Of a DNA stretch of 64,000 bases, positions 38,013-48,502 are shown in pieces. The translations under genes and the position numbers were made by a program. This DNA is from an uncultured Rikenella sp. (GTDB lineage Bacteria; Bacteroidota; Bacteroidia; Bacteroidales; Rikenellaceae): contig NZ_CAJTMN010000002.1 in the NCBI RefSeq assembly GCF_910577125.1, positions 7,227-71,226 on the forward strand, given 5' to 3'. The notes under the pieces are model-generated. The model was not told where the DNA came from and searched no databases. It saw only the letters and a list, made by a program, of their open reading frames with translations. The first letter of the stretch is position 1. The number at the start of each line of letters is the position of its first letter.

Positions 38013-39116
38013 ATGTCAAAAGCCTATATAGACATCATCGACCGCGAGCGGCGAGAAGCGACGATCCGCCTGTACGGTGCTATCGGCGAGAAGATCGACG
38101 GCGACCTTTTCGCCCAGGAACTGGCCTCGCTGGACAACCAGTACGACCTGATCCGTCTGCGGATCAACAGTCCCGGCGGCGATGTGACCCAGGGACTCAG
38201 CATCGTGGGGGCCATGTTGTCGATGCAAACGCCGATCCATGTACACGTGGATGGCGTGGCGGCCAGTATGGCCGCCGTGATCGCTGTGTGTGGCGACAAA
38301 CTCTACATGTACGATTTCGCCCGGCTGATGATCCACGATCCTTATTTCGCCGGGGCAGACGAATTGAGCCCGAAGATGGAGAAGCAGCTGGCACGGACCA
38401 AAGAGACCCTAACGCGCATTCTGAGCCGTCGGGGTAAGGACGCTGCCGAGGTGGAGCGACTGATGAGCGAGGAGACTTGGTTCTCGGCCAAGGAGGCAAA
38501 AGAGGCCGGCCTGTGCGACGTGATCGTCGGTTCACGCCAAAAGGCACTTATGAATCTCGCACCGGACGAACTCCGCGTGCGCATCGACGAACAACACCAA
38601 ATCCAAAACAATATGACCAAACTATCTGAAAAAGCCGCCGCTTCGCTCGGCATCAAGGCCGAAGCGCCGGACACCGAGGTCTCTGCGGCTATCGAAACGT
38701 TGCATGCGTCGAAAGTAGCTGCTGAAAAAGCCAAAGTCGAAGCCGAAGAGGCACGGACGAAGGCAGAAAAAGAGCTGAACGATTACAAAGCCAGCATCCG
38801 GGCAGAGAAGAAAGCCGCATTCGTGGCCCAGCTCGAGGCGGGTGCCAAGTCCGGTAAGATCGACGCAAGCGGAGTCGCCACATTTTCGGCCATGTACGAC
38901 ACAGACCCGGAAAACGCACTCAAAGCATTCGAGGCTATCCCCGAACGTGAACCGGTACACAACCGGCTGTCGTCCAAGAAAGAACAGGACAAAGCCCTTC
39001 TGGATGCCTCGTGGGACGAACTCGACAAGGCTGGACGACTGGGCGAATTGAAGACCAAGTATCCGGACGAGTACAAGGCCAAGTTCGACGAACGATTCCA
39101 CCCGAACGAAGACTAA
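38013..39116 (+). CDS. ClpP-like (S14) head maturation protease fused to scaffold
   Basis: Start MSKAYIDII at 38013. INSPGGDV and GVAASMAAVI (catalytic Ser), then a charged coiled-coil C-terminal half. Confidence 0.8.
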   Translation: MSKAYIDIIDRERREATIRLYGAIGEKIDGDLFAQELASLDNQYDLIRLRINSPGGDVTQGLSIVGAMLSMQTPIHVHVDGVAASMAAVIAVCGDKLYMYDFARLMIHDPYFAGADELSPKMEKQLARTKETLTRILSRRGKDAAEVERLMSEETWFSAKEAKEAGLCDVIVGSRQKALMNLAPDELRVRIDEQHQIQNNMTKLSEKAAASLGIKAEAPDTEVSAAIETLHASKVAAEKAKVEAEEARTKAEKELNDYKASIRAEKKAAFVAQLEAGAKSGKIDASGVATFSAMYDTDPENALKAFEAIPEREPVHNRLSSKKEQDKALLDASWDELDKAGRLGELKTKYPDEYKAKFDERFHPNED

Positions 39117-39137
39117 CCGAAAAACAACCAACAAATT

Positions 39138-40172
39138 ATGGCTGAATTACAAGTAGAAATCTGGCAGGATCACCTGGTCGGGGGCATCTTTGCTGCTAAT
39201 CCGCATATGGATAAATGCGTGAATGCCGACCATTACGTCCTGAAAGGGAAAGTGGTTCACATTCCGCAGGCCGGTGCCGCGCCGAAAGCGGTGAAGAACC
39301 GGACCGATCTCCCGGCCAAAGTGGTGCGACGCAAGGACACCGACATTACTTACACGCTGGACGAGATCACCACCGATCCGGTCCATATCCCGGATGCCGA
39401 TCAGTGCGAGCTCTCGTATGACAAACGCGCCTCGGTGCTGACCGAAACGCAGAATGCCCTCAACGAGCTGGCCGGCGACCTGATGCTGCTCAACTGGGCA
39501 CCGCCCGCTTCGCGCATCATCCGTACCAGCGGCGAAGCCGTACCGGCACACATGGGGATCGGTTCGCGGCTGAAATTCACGACCAAGGACCTGAAACGGG
39601 CTCAGAAACAGTTCAACAGAGACGGTGTTCCGACGGCCGATCGCTACATCATGCTCGATGCCGACATGGAAGACCAGTTCACCGACAGTCTGACCGAGAA
39701 CCAGGCTCGCGACTTCTCACGGGCATACGACGAGAAGAACGGCGTGATCGGGAAGCTGTACGGCTTTACCTTCCTGTCCCGCGCCTACGTATTGTCGTAC
39801 CTCGGTATGGGGGCCGTTGAAAAAGCCGAAGAGTTCGCCGCCGCCACCTGTGCCGCTGCGCTCTGCTGGCACAAGGACAGCGTCGAGGGGGCAAAAGGAG
39901 AGGTCAAACTGTTCGACGACGAAGGTAATCCGCTCTATTTCGGCGACATCTATTCATTCCTGCTCCGTATGGGCGGCCGCATCCGTCGCGCCGACAACAA
40001 AGGCGTGTTGGCCATCGTGCAGGGTGTGCCGTCCGAAGCCTGGGCAACCGGAAAGGCATACAAAGAGGGCGATTTCGTAACCTCCGGCGAACTGCTTTAT
40101 ATCTGTACCGGAGACCACACCGCCTCGGCCGCATTCGAGACCGATGCCGAAAACTGGGAGGTAGTCGAATAG
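39138..40172 (+). CDS. major capsid protein
   Basis: 344-aa ORF immediately after the protease-scaffold gene. Typical size. Confidence 0.75.
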   Translation: MAELQVEIWQDHLVGGIFAANPHMDKCVNADHYVLKGKVVHIPQAGAAPKAVKNRTDLPAKVVRRKDTDITYTLDEITTDPVHIPDADQCELSYDKRASVLTETQNALNELAGDLMLLNWAPPASRIIRTSGEAVPAHMGIGSRLKFTTKDLKRAQKQFNRDGVPTADRYIMLDADMEDQFTDSLTENQARDFSRAYDEKNGVIGKLYGFTFLSRAYVLSYLGMGAVEKAEEFAAATCAAALCWHKDSVEGAKGEVKLFDDEGNPLYFGDIYSFLLRMGGRIRRADNKGVLAIVQGVPSEAWATGKAYKEGDFVTSGELLYICTGDHTASAAFETDAENWEVVE

Positions 40173-40176
40173 CACT

Positions 40177-40566
40177 ATGGAGACTTGGATAATCTATGTC
40201 ATTGCGCCGATCGCTGTCGCGATTGTCAGCTGGATACTCGGCAAGAACGGCCGACGGATCGACGAGACCTCCAAACTGGTGGGTATGCAGCAGGAGGAAA
40301 TCCGACGACTGGATCGCAAGGTCGATCGGCTCGAAGCGAAGCTGGAGGCGAAAGACGATGCACTCGACCGCAAGAGTGCGATTATCCAAGCCGCCTTTTT
40401 GTGCCGCATACCTTCGGTCAAATGTCCCGTGCTGATTAAACAGGACGAGTTCAACCAACAGAAATACAACGATGTCAAGAGGATTGAAAAACCGGAATCC
40501 GGGGAATATTCGCCAAAGCCCGACCCGGTACAAGGGGGAGACTGCGAGTGCGGACCCGGCATTTAA
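40177..40566 (+). CDS. N-terminally anchored coiled-coil membrane protein (holin or i-spanin-like)
   Basis: 129-aa ORF. TM helix WIIYVIAPIAVAIVSWIL followed by a coiled coil. Confidence 0.45.
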   Translation: METWIIYVIAPIAVAIVSWILGKNGRRIDETSKLVGMQQEEIRRLDRKVDRLEAKLEAKDDALDRKSAIIQAAFLCRIPSVKCPVLIKQDEFNQQKYNDVKRIEKPESGEYSPKPDPVQGGDCECGPGI

Positions 40567-40879
40567 GACTTTCGAGAGCATGGCTTGGGGCTATCGCGCC
40601 ATGTTCGTACTGCTCGATACCTACAAACGCCGCCACGGGTGCGATACCCTGCGAAAAATGATCGTCCGTTATGCGCCGCCTGTGGAGAACAACACCGCGG
40701 CCTATATCGACACTGTCGCGACACGTTCGCTGGTGGCCCCGGACAGCCCGATCTCCACGGATAACAAAGAGGTTATGGTGCCGATCATAGCTGCGATGTC
40801 GTTTGTCGAAAACGGCATTCCGGCCGTGATGGCCGACGTAGAATCCGGGTGGGAATTGTTCATCAAATATCGGCCGTGA
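40472..40879 (+). CDS. conserved phage protein with RNPGNIR motif (possible muralytic/structural protein)
   Basis: 135-aa ORF overlapping the previous ORF by 95 nt. An alternative start at 40580 would lose the NPGNIR motif. Confidence 0.45.
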   Translation: MSRGLKNRNPGNIRQSPTRYKGETASADPAFKTFESMAWGYRAMFVLLDTYKRRHGCDTLRKMIVRYAPPVENNTAAYIDTVATRSLVAPDSPISTDNKEVMVPIIAAMSFVENGIPAVMADVESGWELFIKYRP

Positions 40880-41373
40880 TGATTCGAGTCATTTTTGTGG
40901 GCCTTTTGGTCCTGACCTCCTGCGCACCGCGTATGGCCCGTATCGTCACCGCCTCGCGTGACAGTGCGAGCATCCGCACGGAACGGATTATCGACACGAT
41001 GCGAACCCAAGCCGACAGTGCGCTGTTGGCTGCGCTGCTCGAATGCGACAGCCTTGGCCGAGTCCGCATCGCCCGGCTGGAGGCCGAGAATGGCCGGCTG
41101 ATGGCTCAAACGCTGGAACTGGAGGACAATCTGCTCCAGGTACGAGCCCGTGCAGACGTTAGGGAACGCTGGCGAGAGGTCATCCGGTCGGATACCGTGA
41201 TCGTACGCGAAACGGTGCCGGTTCCCTATCCGGTAGAACGAACGGAATATCGCCTGCGGAGTTGGCAACGCTGGCTCTGCTGGATCGGAGTACTCTACCT
41301 GCTCCGGACGCTGCTCAAAATCGCCCTCGGCTGGCGAGGATTGACTATTGGAAAACTATTAAAACTGCTTTAA
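40879..41373 (+). CDS. lipoprotein with C-terminal TM helix (unimolecular-spanin-like)
   Basis: Start MIRVIFVGLLVLTSC (lipobox) at 40879, overlapping the previous stop. Central coiled coil and C-terminal helix WLCWIGVLYLLRTLL. Confidence 0.45.
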   Translation: MIRVIFVGLLVLTSCAPRMARIVTASRDSASIRTERIIDTMRTQADSALLAALLECDSLGRVRIARLEAENGRLMAQTLELEDNLLQVRARADVRERWREVIRSDTVIVRETVPVPYPVERTEYRLRSWQRWLCWIGVLYLLRTLLKIALGWRGLTIGKLLKLL

Positions 41374-41374
41374 C

Positions 41375-41962
41375 ATGAAGAAAAAAGCGATCGGTCTCAC
41401 CGAAGAGGGCATTCAAATCGCCGTCCTGCCGGAAGACGGGACCGCGCCGGAAGCGGAAGCATACGCTGCGCTCGGCAAAACCTACAAGGACACGGCCACA
41501 CTCGAAACGGAGGAGGGCGAGACCGTCTCTTGCGAATGCGAGGAGCTGGACGACCCGGAAGACGAAGTCCAAATTCCCGGCAAAACGACCCTCAAGTTCT
41601 CGACCTCCGACCTCGATCCGACGAGTTGCCATCGGGCCCTCGGCGGTACGTTGTCTGAGGACGGCAGCGAATGGGCTGCGCCGGACAGTTTCACGGCAAA
41701 AGAGGTCGCCGTGCGTTTCACGACGAAATCGGGACTCTCCGTACAGATCGGCCGGGCCAAAATGTCCACCCGCATCAACTGGGCAATCAAGAAAGACGGC
41801 TACGGGCTGCTGGAACACACCCTGACGGTGCTGACGCCGAAAGTGGCCGGGATGCGAAAGATGACCGTCACGGATACGTCCGTCGTGCCGACGGTGCCGA
41901 ATCCGGAACCAGAGCCCGACGCCGAGACGGAACAGTCTTTTGACAACGAGGACCAATATTAA
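41375..41962 (+). CDS. putative major tail (tube) protein
   Basis: 195-aa ORF directly upstream of the chaperone/tape-measure pair. Positional call. Confidence 0.5.
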   Translation: MKKKAIGLTEEGIQIAVLPEDGTAPEAEAYAALGKTYKDTATLETEEGETVSCECEELDDPEDEVQIPGKTTLKFSTSDLDPTSCHRALGGTLSEDGSEWAAPDSFTAKEVAVRFTTKSGLSVQIGRAKMSTRINWAIKKDGYGLLEHTLTVLTPKVAGMRKMTVTDTSVVPTVPNPEPEPDAETEQSFDNEDQY

Positions 41963-41974
41963 CGGAGGCTGGCA

Positions 41975-42448
41975 ATGAATGAGCAGCAAACGAAGCTGCG
42001 GGCCGCCGATGCACTATTGGAAAGAGGGGTGCGAGTGCGAAGCGTGCGCGCACCTCTTTTTTTGCGTCTTTTCGGCCTCCGCAAATGGGATATAGTCTTA
42101 CGCCAGCCCGTTTTGGCCGATCTGATACGCATCAGCCGGAAGATCGTCGCCATGGGGCTCGATTCGGCCATCTTGGAGGGTGTGACGCTCGAAGGTGCTT
42201 TTCGGATCGTCCGGCAACATGGCACTGCGGCACTGCGCGTACTGGCCGTTGTTGCCGCGCCCCGGTGGATACCGGCACGGCTGTATGCGTGGTGGTTGGG
42301 TCGGATTCTGACACCGACGCAATTCGCCCAGGCGTGGATGGTCTTCACCCTGACCTCCGGTGCAGCGGATTTTATCAGTACTATCAGATTGATGCTAAAG
42401 GCCGACAATCTGAGCCCGACGACCGCGGCGAGTACGCAGGCCGAATAA
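41975..42448 (+). CDS. tail assembly chaperone (G-like), with a possible -1 frameshift extension to 42651
   Basis: 157-aa ORF. An overlapping -1 frame stays open to 42651, 7 nt before the tape measure start. Confidence 0.5.
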   Translation: MNEQQTKLRAADALLERGVRVRSVRAPLFLRLFGLRKWDIVLRQPVLADLIRISRKIVAMGLDSAILEGVTLEGAFRIVRQHGTAALRVLAVVAAPRWIPARLYAWWLGRILTPTQFAQAWMVFTLTSGAADFISTIRLMLKADNLSPTTAASTQAE

Positions 42449-42657
42449 CCGGTCTGCATAGCCCGTGGGGCATCCTGGCGATGCTCGCTGAGAAAACCGG
42501 CTGGACGTATCATTATATCATGTATCGGGTCGCGTGGATCAACGTCCGTATGATGCTCGCCGATGCGCCTCAATATATTTCCGGTCGCCGGGACGAACGG
42601 ACCGAAGAGGCTACGGACGATGATTTACGAGACCTCGCAAACTCTTTGTAAACCCCC

Positions 42658-45600
42658 ATGGCAGACGAAACAGTCGATATACGTTACTTGCTCAATTCGG
42701 ACGAGTTCGCCCGCGAATCCGCCCGCATCGACGCGGCGATCCGCGGCACCGAACACACCTCTTCGGCCGCCGTATCGCAACTCGACAGCGACTTCCAGCG
42801 CCTGACGAAAACGGTCGGCCAGGTGGGAATCGTCACGGCATTAGCTGCTGCCGGACGCGAGGTGTACACCTTTGCGCGTGATTTCAACAGCAAGATGACC
42901 GAGGTAGTTACGCTATCGGACGAAGTCGAATCGCATTTGGACGACTACAAGGCCAAGATATTGGCCCTGACCGGTACGGTTCCGATCATGGCCAGAGATG
43001 CCGCTTCGGCACTCTATCAGATCGTCAGTGCCGGACACGACGGAGCGGACGGCATGACCATTCTGGAGCAATCGGCCAAAGCCGCCATTGCCGGCGTGTC
43101 GGACACAGCCACCGCAGCAGACGGGATTACCTCCATTCTGAACGCTTATCAGAAAGATGCGGCAGAGGCTGGAGCAGTGTCCGACATGATGTTTACCACC
43201 GTCCGGCTGGGGAAGACAACGTTCGGCGAACTGGCTGCGTATATTGCCCAGGTAACCCCAACGGCCGCCGCCTATGGTGTCGAGATGGATCAGGTGCTGG
43301 CCGCGATCGCTACACTGACGAAGTCGGGGGTTCCGACGGCGCAAGCCGTTACGCGCATCCGACAGGCTATCGTCGCCGGGTCGAAAGTCCTGGGCGACGG
43401 CGCTTATTCCGGTCGCACTTTTCAGGAAGCGATGGACTTGATCGCCCAAAAGGCTGACGGGAGTGAATCGAAGCTGCGGGCGCTCGTGCCGGAGATCGAG
43501 GCCGTGAACGGCGTACTCGGATTGACCGGAATCAACGCCGAAGCGGCAGCGGCCCATCTCGACGAGATGACTCGTTCGGCCGGGGCGACGGAACGGGCTT
43601 TTACCCAACAGATGGCCGATCCGCAACGGCAAATCGACCTGTTGAAAAACAATCTGCTAAAAGCCTTTGCCGAAATCGGCGACGGTGCATTACAACTGGT
43701 CGGGAACGTGGCGAGTGTGTTGAACGAAGCATTCGACAACGGCACAGCCAGCGCCCTGATCGCCACCGTAACGACGCTGTCCGTTGCTTATGGTACTTAC
43801 CGGACCCAGCTGTTGCTGGTTGCAGCCGCCAAGCGTGCCCTGGAGAACACCCGATACGACGAAGAGTCGCGCCAACTGGCAACTTTGCTGACGAAAGAGC
43901 AGCAGCGGGCTCTCGGCATTACGAACTTGTCCCGCCTGACCAAAGAACAGTCGGCAGCCGTACGGGAGAAGATCGCCGCCGAGGTACAGGCGATTCGCAC
44001 CACTGCGCAGCTGGCAGCGGCGGAAAAGGCAGCCGCTTCGCAGTCCTACCAGGCCGCCTTGAAACGGTCGTTAGCTTCCAAGCAAGCGGTCGTCAATGCG
44101 GAAGCCGAACTGGCAGCCGCTAAGGCATCCGGAGATGCCGCACGAATCGAAGCGGCCCAGCAGAAGCTGGCCACAGCTCAGCAGGAGCGCCACGAAGCCG
44201 CGATTGCCAAAAAATCCGCCGCTCAAACCTACTCCGTCGCACGGACGAAAGCGGCAACGGCAGCTACGGCAGCCAACACCCTGCAAACTCGCGTAGCCGA
44301 GGCAACCGACAAGGCAGCCACACGATCAAAAAATCTCTTTACGGTTGCAACGACACGACTGACCCGTGCGTTCAAGTCCTTAAAAGCCGCATTTTTATCC
44401 AACCCGATCGGAGCGATCATTACGGTCGTCACTACCGCAGCCGCAGCCATGTCGCTCTTCGGCGACGACACGGAAGAGGCGGCATCCGGCGTATCGGCTC
44501 TCAGCGACGCATTGGCCAAGCACCAGGCTGAAATGAGTCGCGAAATAGCCAAGATAGACGAACTGTTCGACGCGCTGCGAAAAGCGGAGAAGGGGACCCA
44601 GGAATACGCCGATGCAAAAGATGCGATCCTTCGCGGATACGGATCGTATTTGAATAGCCTCGGCGAAGAGGTACGCCAGTTGAAAGACGTTGAGGGAGCC
44701 TACGTAGCTATCAAAAATGCCGCTATCGAGAGTGCTACGGCACGTGCGAAAGCCTCGTTCGTCGAAGACGCCTCGAACCGCGCGGCCGGAGCTATGGGAA
44801 AGGCCCTGGAAGGATTGCGTGAAAACGTAACCAAGGCGTACAGCGATGATTTTCTGAAGCAATTTCCGGATCAGGTCAATTCTATCATGGCCGAAGTCAC
44901 TAAGGCCATGTCGGATACGACGAAATCGAAACGAGATCGGCGGATAGACGTGGGGGAAATACTGGAAAACTACGGACTTCCTTTCCGCACAGTATATCAT
45001 GGTCTACTTGCCGACAAAAGTTATTTCGATGATTATCTGTCTGCCCTGGACGAACTTTCCGGAGTTAAGCAGATTGCGGACGAAGTTTTTACGGCTACGA
45101 CCGCATCGGCTACCAGCGATACGGCCGAGCAGGCAGAAACAGTATCGACCCGTGTGGCCACGTTGCGGGCTGAAATCGAGGAGGCACAGGCCGAATTGCA
45201 AAAACTCCGGGGTGCCGATTCGACAGCTTCGGAAGCCCAGATCACTCAAGCGGCAACGCGCCTGAAAGCACTGCAAGACCAACTTGAGACTTACACCGGT
45301 ACTACTTCCAAGCAGACTTCGGAGACACTCAAAAAACAGCAGGAACTGGGACAAGCGATAACGCAGGCAGAGATCGACGCCCAGGCACAACGTATCGCCG
45401 CCATGCGCGACGGCAAAGCCAAGCGCCTGGCCGAAATCGACCTCGAATATCGGCAGACGCAGGCCAAAATCGCCAAAGACAAGGCCTCGGCTCAAAGCAA
45501 GGGAGCGACCGACAGCCAACTCGAAGCCTATGACTCGCTGGCTGCCGCAGCCGAGCAGAAACGCATCGCCGATCGGGCCAAAATCGAGCAGGAGTATGCT

Positions 45601-47604
45601 CGACAAACGGCTGAAGAGTATCGCCAGTTGTCCGATGTGTTCCTGACGGAAGAGCAACGAAAAGCAAAAGCGCGCGAAAAAACTTACCAGGATATGCGCG
45701 ACAAGGCTTGGGAAGATTTGCTGGCGGGCAATATCGACGGGATGCAATATGTCGATTTGAGCATTCGGATAGACGATGCCGAAGCCAAAGCAGAACTTGA
45801 TGCCGAGGTCGAACGTTATCGTGCCTACCTGGAGGAGAGGACCCGGATCGAAGAGGAGTTCGAGGCTGAAGTCGCCCGTTTACGCAAGTCGAAACCGCAT
45901 GGAGATGCAGAGGACGAGGTGGAACAGCGGAGGCGTATCCGGGATACCGAACTGCAAGAGTTGGAAGATCGCTTAGGTATCACGAAAGACTCTTTTACCG
46001 CCTTTGTCGATTCGTTGATCTATAAGAGTACAGACGAACTCCTCACGCTGATCGAGACCGCTCAGAGCGAACTGAATAAACTGGGAAAGGACGGCGACCC
46101 GGCCAAACGTGCCGAACAGCAGAAAAAACTGGACGCCGCCCAGAATGCCCTGAAACGTCGGCAAGGGAACAACAATACCAAAGACGCAACCACTCCGCCA
46201 TCGTCGGGCACCATCAAAAAATGGGCAGAGTTGCAAAAAGTGTTGAAAGGGGTCTGCGGCGAGTTCGACGAAATCGGCGAGGCAATCGGCGGGACGGCCG
46301 GAGAAGCCGTCAAACTGGCTGGAGAGATTGCGACCTGTACGCTGAGCCTGATCGACAGCATCATGACGGCTGCGACGAGTTCTGCGGATGCCGTGGAGAG
46401 TACATCGACCGCTGCGACAACAGCTATCAAAGGCGTCGAAAGTGCCTCGGTTATCCTGGCCGTCATCAGCGCCGCACTGCAACTCGCCACCAAGATTGCC
46501 CAACTCTTCACGAAAGACCACGAACTGTCGGAAGAGACGATAAAGTCTTATGAGGCTTATATGGATGCCACGGACGACCTAATCGACAAACAGAAAGAAC
46601 TGCTGGAGGTGATGACGGGCGTGCAGGCGCTGATGGCTTCCGAGGCCGGTGTCGAAGCAATCAAGAAACAGGAAGAGGCGACCCGAAATCTCGGTAAGGC
46701 TTATCTCGCATCGAGAGCAAAAAACAAGCATAGTTATGGGTATAAAACCGAGAAGAAACTCCGCGGCTACAAAGATGAAATCGAAGCCGCTGGATTCGAC
46801 TGGAACCAGTTGCGCGGTTCGGGTCGAATGGAGGGCCTCTTCGACTTGGAGGCCTCGGAGATCGAGCGTTTCAAGCATGAACTACCCGAAGTGTGGGCCA
46901 AGCTCGATGAAGATACACGAAAGTATCTCGATACGCTCATCGAGTGTGAGGAAAAAATGAACGAATTAGGCGAAGCGACAGCGGAAGCTCTGACCGGATT
47001 CACGCTCGACGATGCCCGCGACGAACTGCTGGATTTTTTGGACGACCTGGACGCCACGTTCGACGATGTCGCCGGGAACTTCCAAACCACCATGATGCAC
47101 GCCATCAACCGGGTGATCGCTTCCGGATTGGACGGACGACTGAAAAAGTGGTACGAAAACCTCAGTGCAGCCATGGAAGACGGCACGCTGTCCGATTCCG
47201 AACGAGAAGCCCTCCGTAAGGAATACGAGGACATCTACCGGGATGCACAAGATCGGCGGAAAGCGGCGTACGAGATGGCTGGTATCGATCCCGCTGTCGC
47301 AACGGCCGACGGATTGCGGGGCGAGATCAGCGAGAAGATCACGGAGGAGACCGCCACCAAACTGGAAGGGCTGTTTCGCGTGACCTATGATAAGGTAGCC
47401 GAGATTCGTGGCATGACGGCAGACCAATTGCAGACTCTGCGCGACAGTCTCGCCGACGTGGCCGAGATATTGCGTTACCAAGCAGCGATCGAAGAGAATA
47501 CCCGTCGCACAGCCGAGCACACCCAGCCGCTGGCCGCGAAACTGGACGACGTGATCGACGAGTTGCAGAGCATCAAAAAGGGAGGGGGTATCTATGCCAA
47601 GTGA
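42658..47604 (+). CDS. tail tape measure protein
   Basis: 1648-aa ORF. TP901-type TMP core (ILALTGTVPIMARDAASALYQIVSAGH...ITSILNAYQ) and a long Ala/Glu-rich coiled coil. Confidence 0.9.
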   Translation: MADETVDIRYLLNSDEFARESARIDAAIRGTEHTSSAAVSQLDSDFQRLTKTVGQVGIVTALAAAGREVYTFARDFNSKMTEVVTLSDEVESHLDDYKAKILALTGTVPIMARDAASALYQIVSAGHDGADGMTILEQSAKAAIAGVSDTATAADGITSILNAYQKDAAEAGAVSDMMFTTVRLGKTTFGELAAYIAQVTPTAAAYGVEMDQVLAAIATLTKSGVPTAQAVTRIRQAIVAGSKVLGDGAYSGRTFQEAMDLIAQKADGSESKLRALVPEIEAVNGVLGLTGINAEAAAAHLDEMTRSAGATERAFTQQMADPQRQIDLLKNNLLKAFAEIGDGALQLVGNVASVLNEAFDNGTASALIATVTTLSVAYGTYRTQLLLVAAAKRALENTRYDEESRQLATLLTKEQQRALGITNLSRLTKEQSAAVREKIAAEVQAIRTTAQLAAAEKAAASQSYQAALKRSLASKQAVVNAEAELAAAKASGDAARIEAAQQKLATAQQERHEAAIAKKSAAQTYSVARTKAATAATAANTLQTRVAEATDKAATRSKNLFTVATTRLTRAFKSLKAAFLSNPIGAIITVVTTAAAAMSLFGDDTEEAASGVSALSDALAKHQAEMSREIAKIDELFDALRKAEKGTQEYADAKDAILRGYGSYLNSLGEEVRQLKDVEGAYVAIKNAAIESATARAKASFVEDASNRAAGAMGKALEGLRENVTKAYSDDFLKQFPDQVNSIMAEVTKAMSDTTKSKRDRRIDVGEILENYGLPFRTVYHGLLADKSYFDDYLSALDELSGVKQIADEVFTATTASATSDTAEQAETVSTRVATLRAEIEEAQAELQKLRGADSTASEAQITQAATRLKALQDQLETYTGTTSKQTSETLKKQQELGQAITQAEIDAQAQRIAAMRDGKAKRLAEIDLEYRQTQAKIAKDKASAQSKGATDSQLEAYDSLAAAAEQKRIADRAKIEQEYARQTAEEYRQLSDVFLTEEQRKAKAREKTYQDMRDKAWEDLLAGNIDGMQYVDLSIRIDDAEAKAELDAEVERYRAYLEERTRIEEEFEAEVARLRKSKPHGDAEDEVEQRRRIRDTELQELEDRLGITKDSFTAFVDSLIYKSTDELLTLIETAQSELNKLGKDGDPAKRAEQQKKLDAAQNALKRRQGNNNTKDATTPPSSGTIKKWAELQKVLKGVCGEFDEIGEAIGGTAGEAVKLAGEIATCTLSLIDSIMTAATSSADAVESTSTAATTAIKGVESASVILAVISAALQLATKIAQLFTKDHELSEETIKSYEAYMDATDDLIDKQKELLEVMTGVQALMASEAGVEAIKKQEEATRNLGKAYLASRAKNKHSYGYKTEKKLRGYKDEIEAAGFDWNQLRGSGRMEGLFDLEASEIERFKHELPEVWAKLDEDTRKYLDTLIECEEKMNELGEATAEALTGFTLDDARDELLDFLDDLDATFDDVAGNFQTTMMHAINRVIASGLDGRLKKWYENLSAAMEDGTLSDSEREALRKEYEDIYRDAQDRRKAAYEMAGIDPAVATADGLRGEISEKITEETATKLEGLFRVTYDKVAEIRGMTADQLQTLRDSLADVAEILRYQAAIEENTRRTAEHTQPLAAKLDDVIDELQSIKKGGGIYAK

Positions 47605-48502
47605 GTATTACCTGAACGGAGAGCCTCTTTCGGCGTTCGGATTCGTACCGGGTCATGCGACAGGCAGCAATCTCGCCCTTTCCGGCGCGTGGGATATGCC
47701 CGCCCGCAGCGGCGACACCTCGTACACCTGGCAGGAGACGAACGGTATCGAGCCTTATGTCGAAGAAGCGGATATGCTTTTCGAGGCACGTACCATCAAG
47801 TTGGTCGGCAGTATATCTGCATCGGATCGGACGGTATTTTGGAATCGGCTGGAGGCCTTCCGCGCCTTCGTCGAATCGTTGCCCGCCACGTTCGAGCTCC
47901 GCTGCGACTGGGCCGTACGTACGGTCAGCCGCAGCGCCGAGATGAAGGCGGACATCCGTGGCGGCCGGGTGGCCCGGATCACGCTCTCGTTCACCGAACC
48001 GGCGCCGGACCTTTCGGGCCGCCCACCCGTGCAGTGGATACTGGCCACCGGCGTATGGAACACGCTCGGAACCTGGTTGGACGAGGCCCCTTGGTATGCC
48101 GTCGAGGAGGGGCGGGCCGTCGAACCGCAGATCGACCTCTGGTCCTGGGAGTCCTTTGGCTTCATACCGAGCGGGATGACCGGCGAAGGAGTCGTACCGA
48201 CCGTGCGATCACTCCGAGTAACGCAGCCGGCCCGCGGAGCAACGATCGTCGCCCCAGGGGGTCGCGAAGCGCGCGAACTAACCCTCGCCGGCGTACTGGT
48301 CGCCGACGACATGAGCGATTTCGACCGCCGCGTCCGGTCGTTATACTGGCTGTTCGGCTCCGCAGGCCTACGAACGTTGCATCGCCACGGCCGGGAGATA
48401 GATTGTTTTGCCCGTAATGGTTTCACGCTGACCGGAATCCAGAAACGCGAACGCATCTATGCAAAATTGAACGTCAAATTAACCGAAGTTGAACATGGAT
48501 AA
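47594..48502 (+). CDS. distal tail protein (Dit-like)
   Basis: 302-aa ORF overlapping the TMP stop. Positional call. Confidence 0.55.
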   Translation: MPSEYYLNGEPLSAFGFVPGHATGSNLALSGAWDMPARSGDTSYTWQETNGIEPYVEEADMLFEARTIKLVGSISASDRTVFWNRLEAFRAFVESLPATFELRCDWAVRTVSRSAEMKADIRGGRVARITLSFTEPAPDLSGRPPVQWILATGVWNTLGTWLDEAPWYAVEEGRAVEPQIDLWSWESFGFIPSGMTGEGVVPTVRSLRVTQPARGATIVAPGGREARELTLAGVLVADDMSDFDRRVRSLYWLFGSAGLRTLHRHGREIDCFARNGFTLTGIQKRERIYAKLNVKLTEVEHG

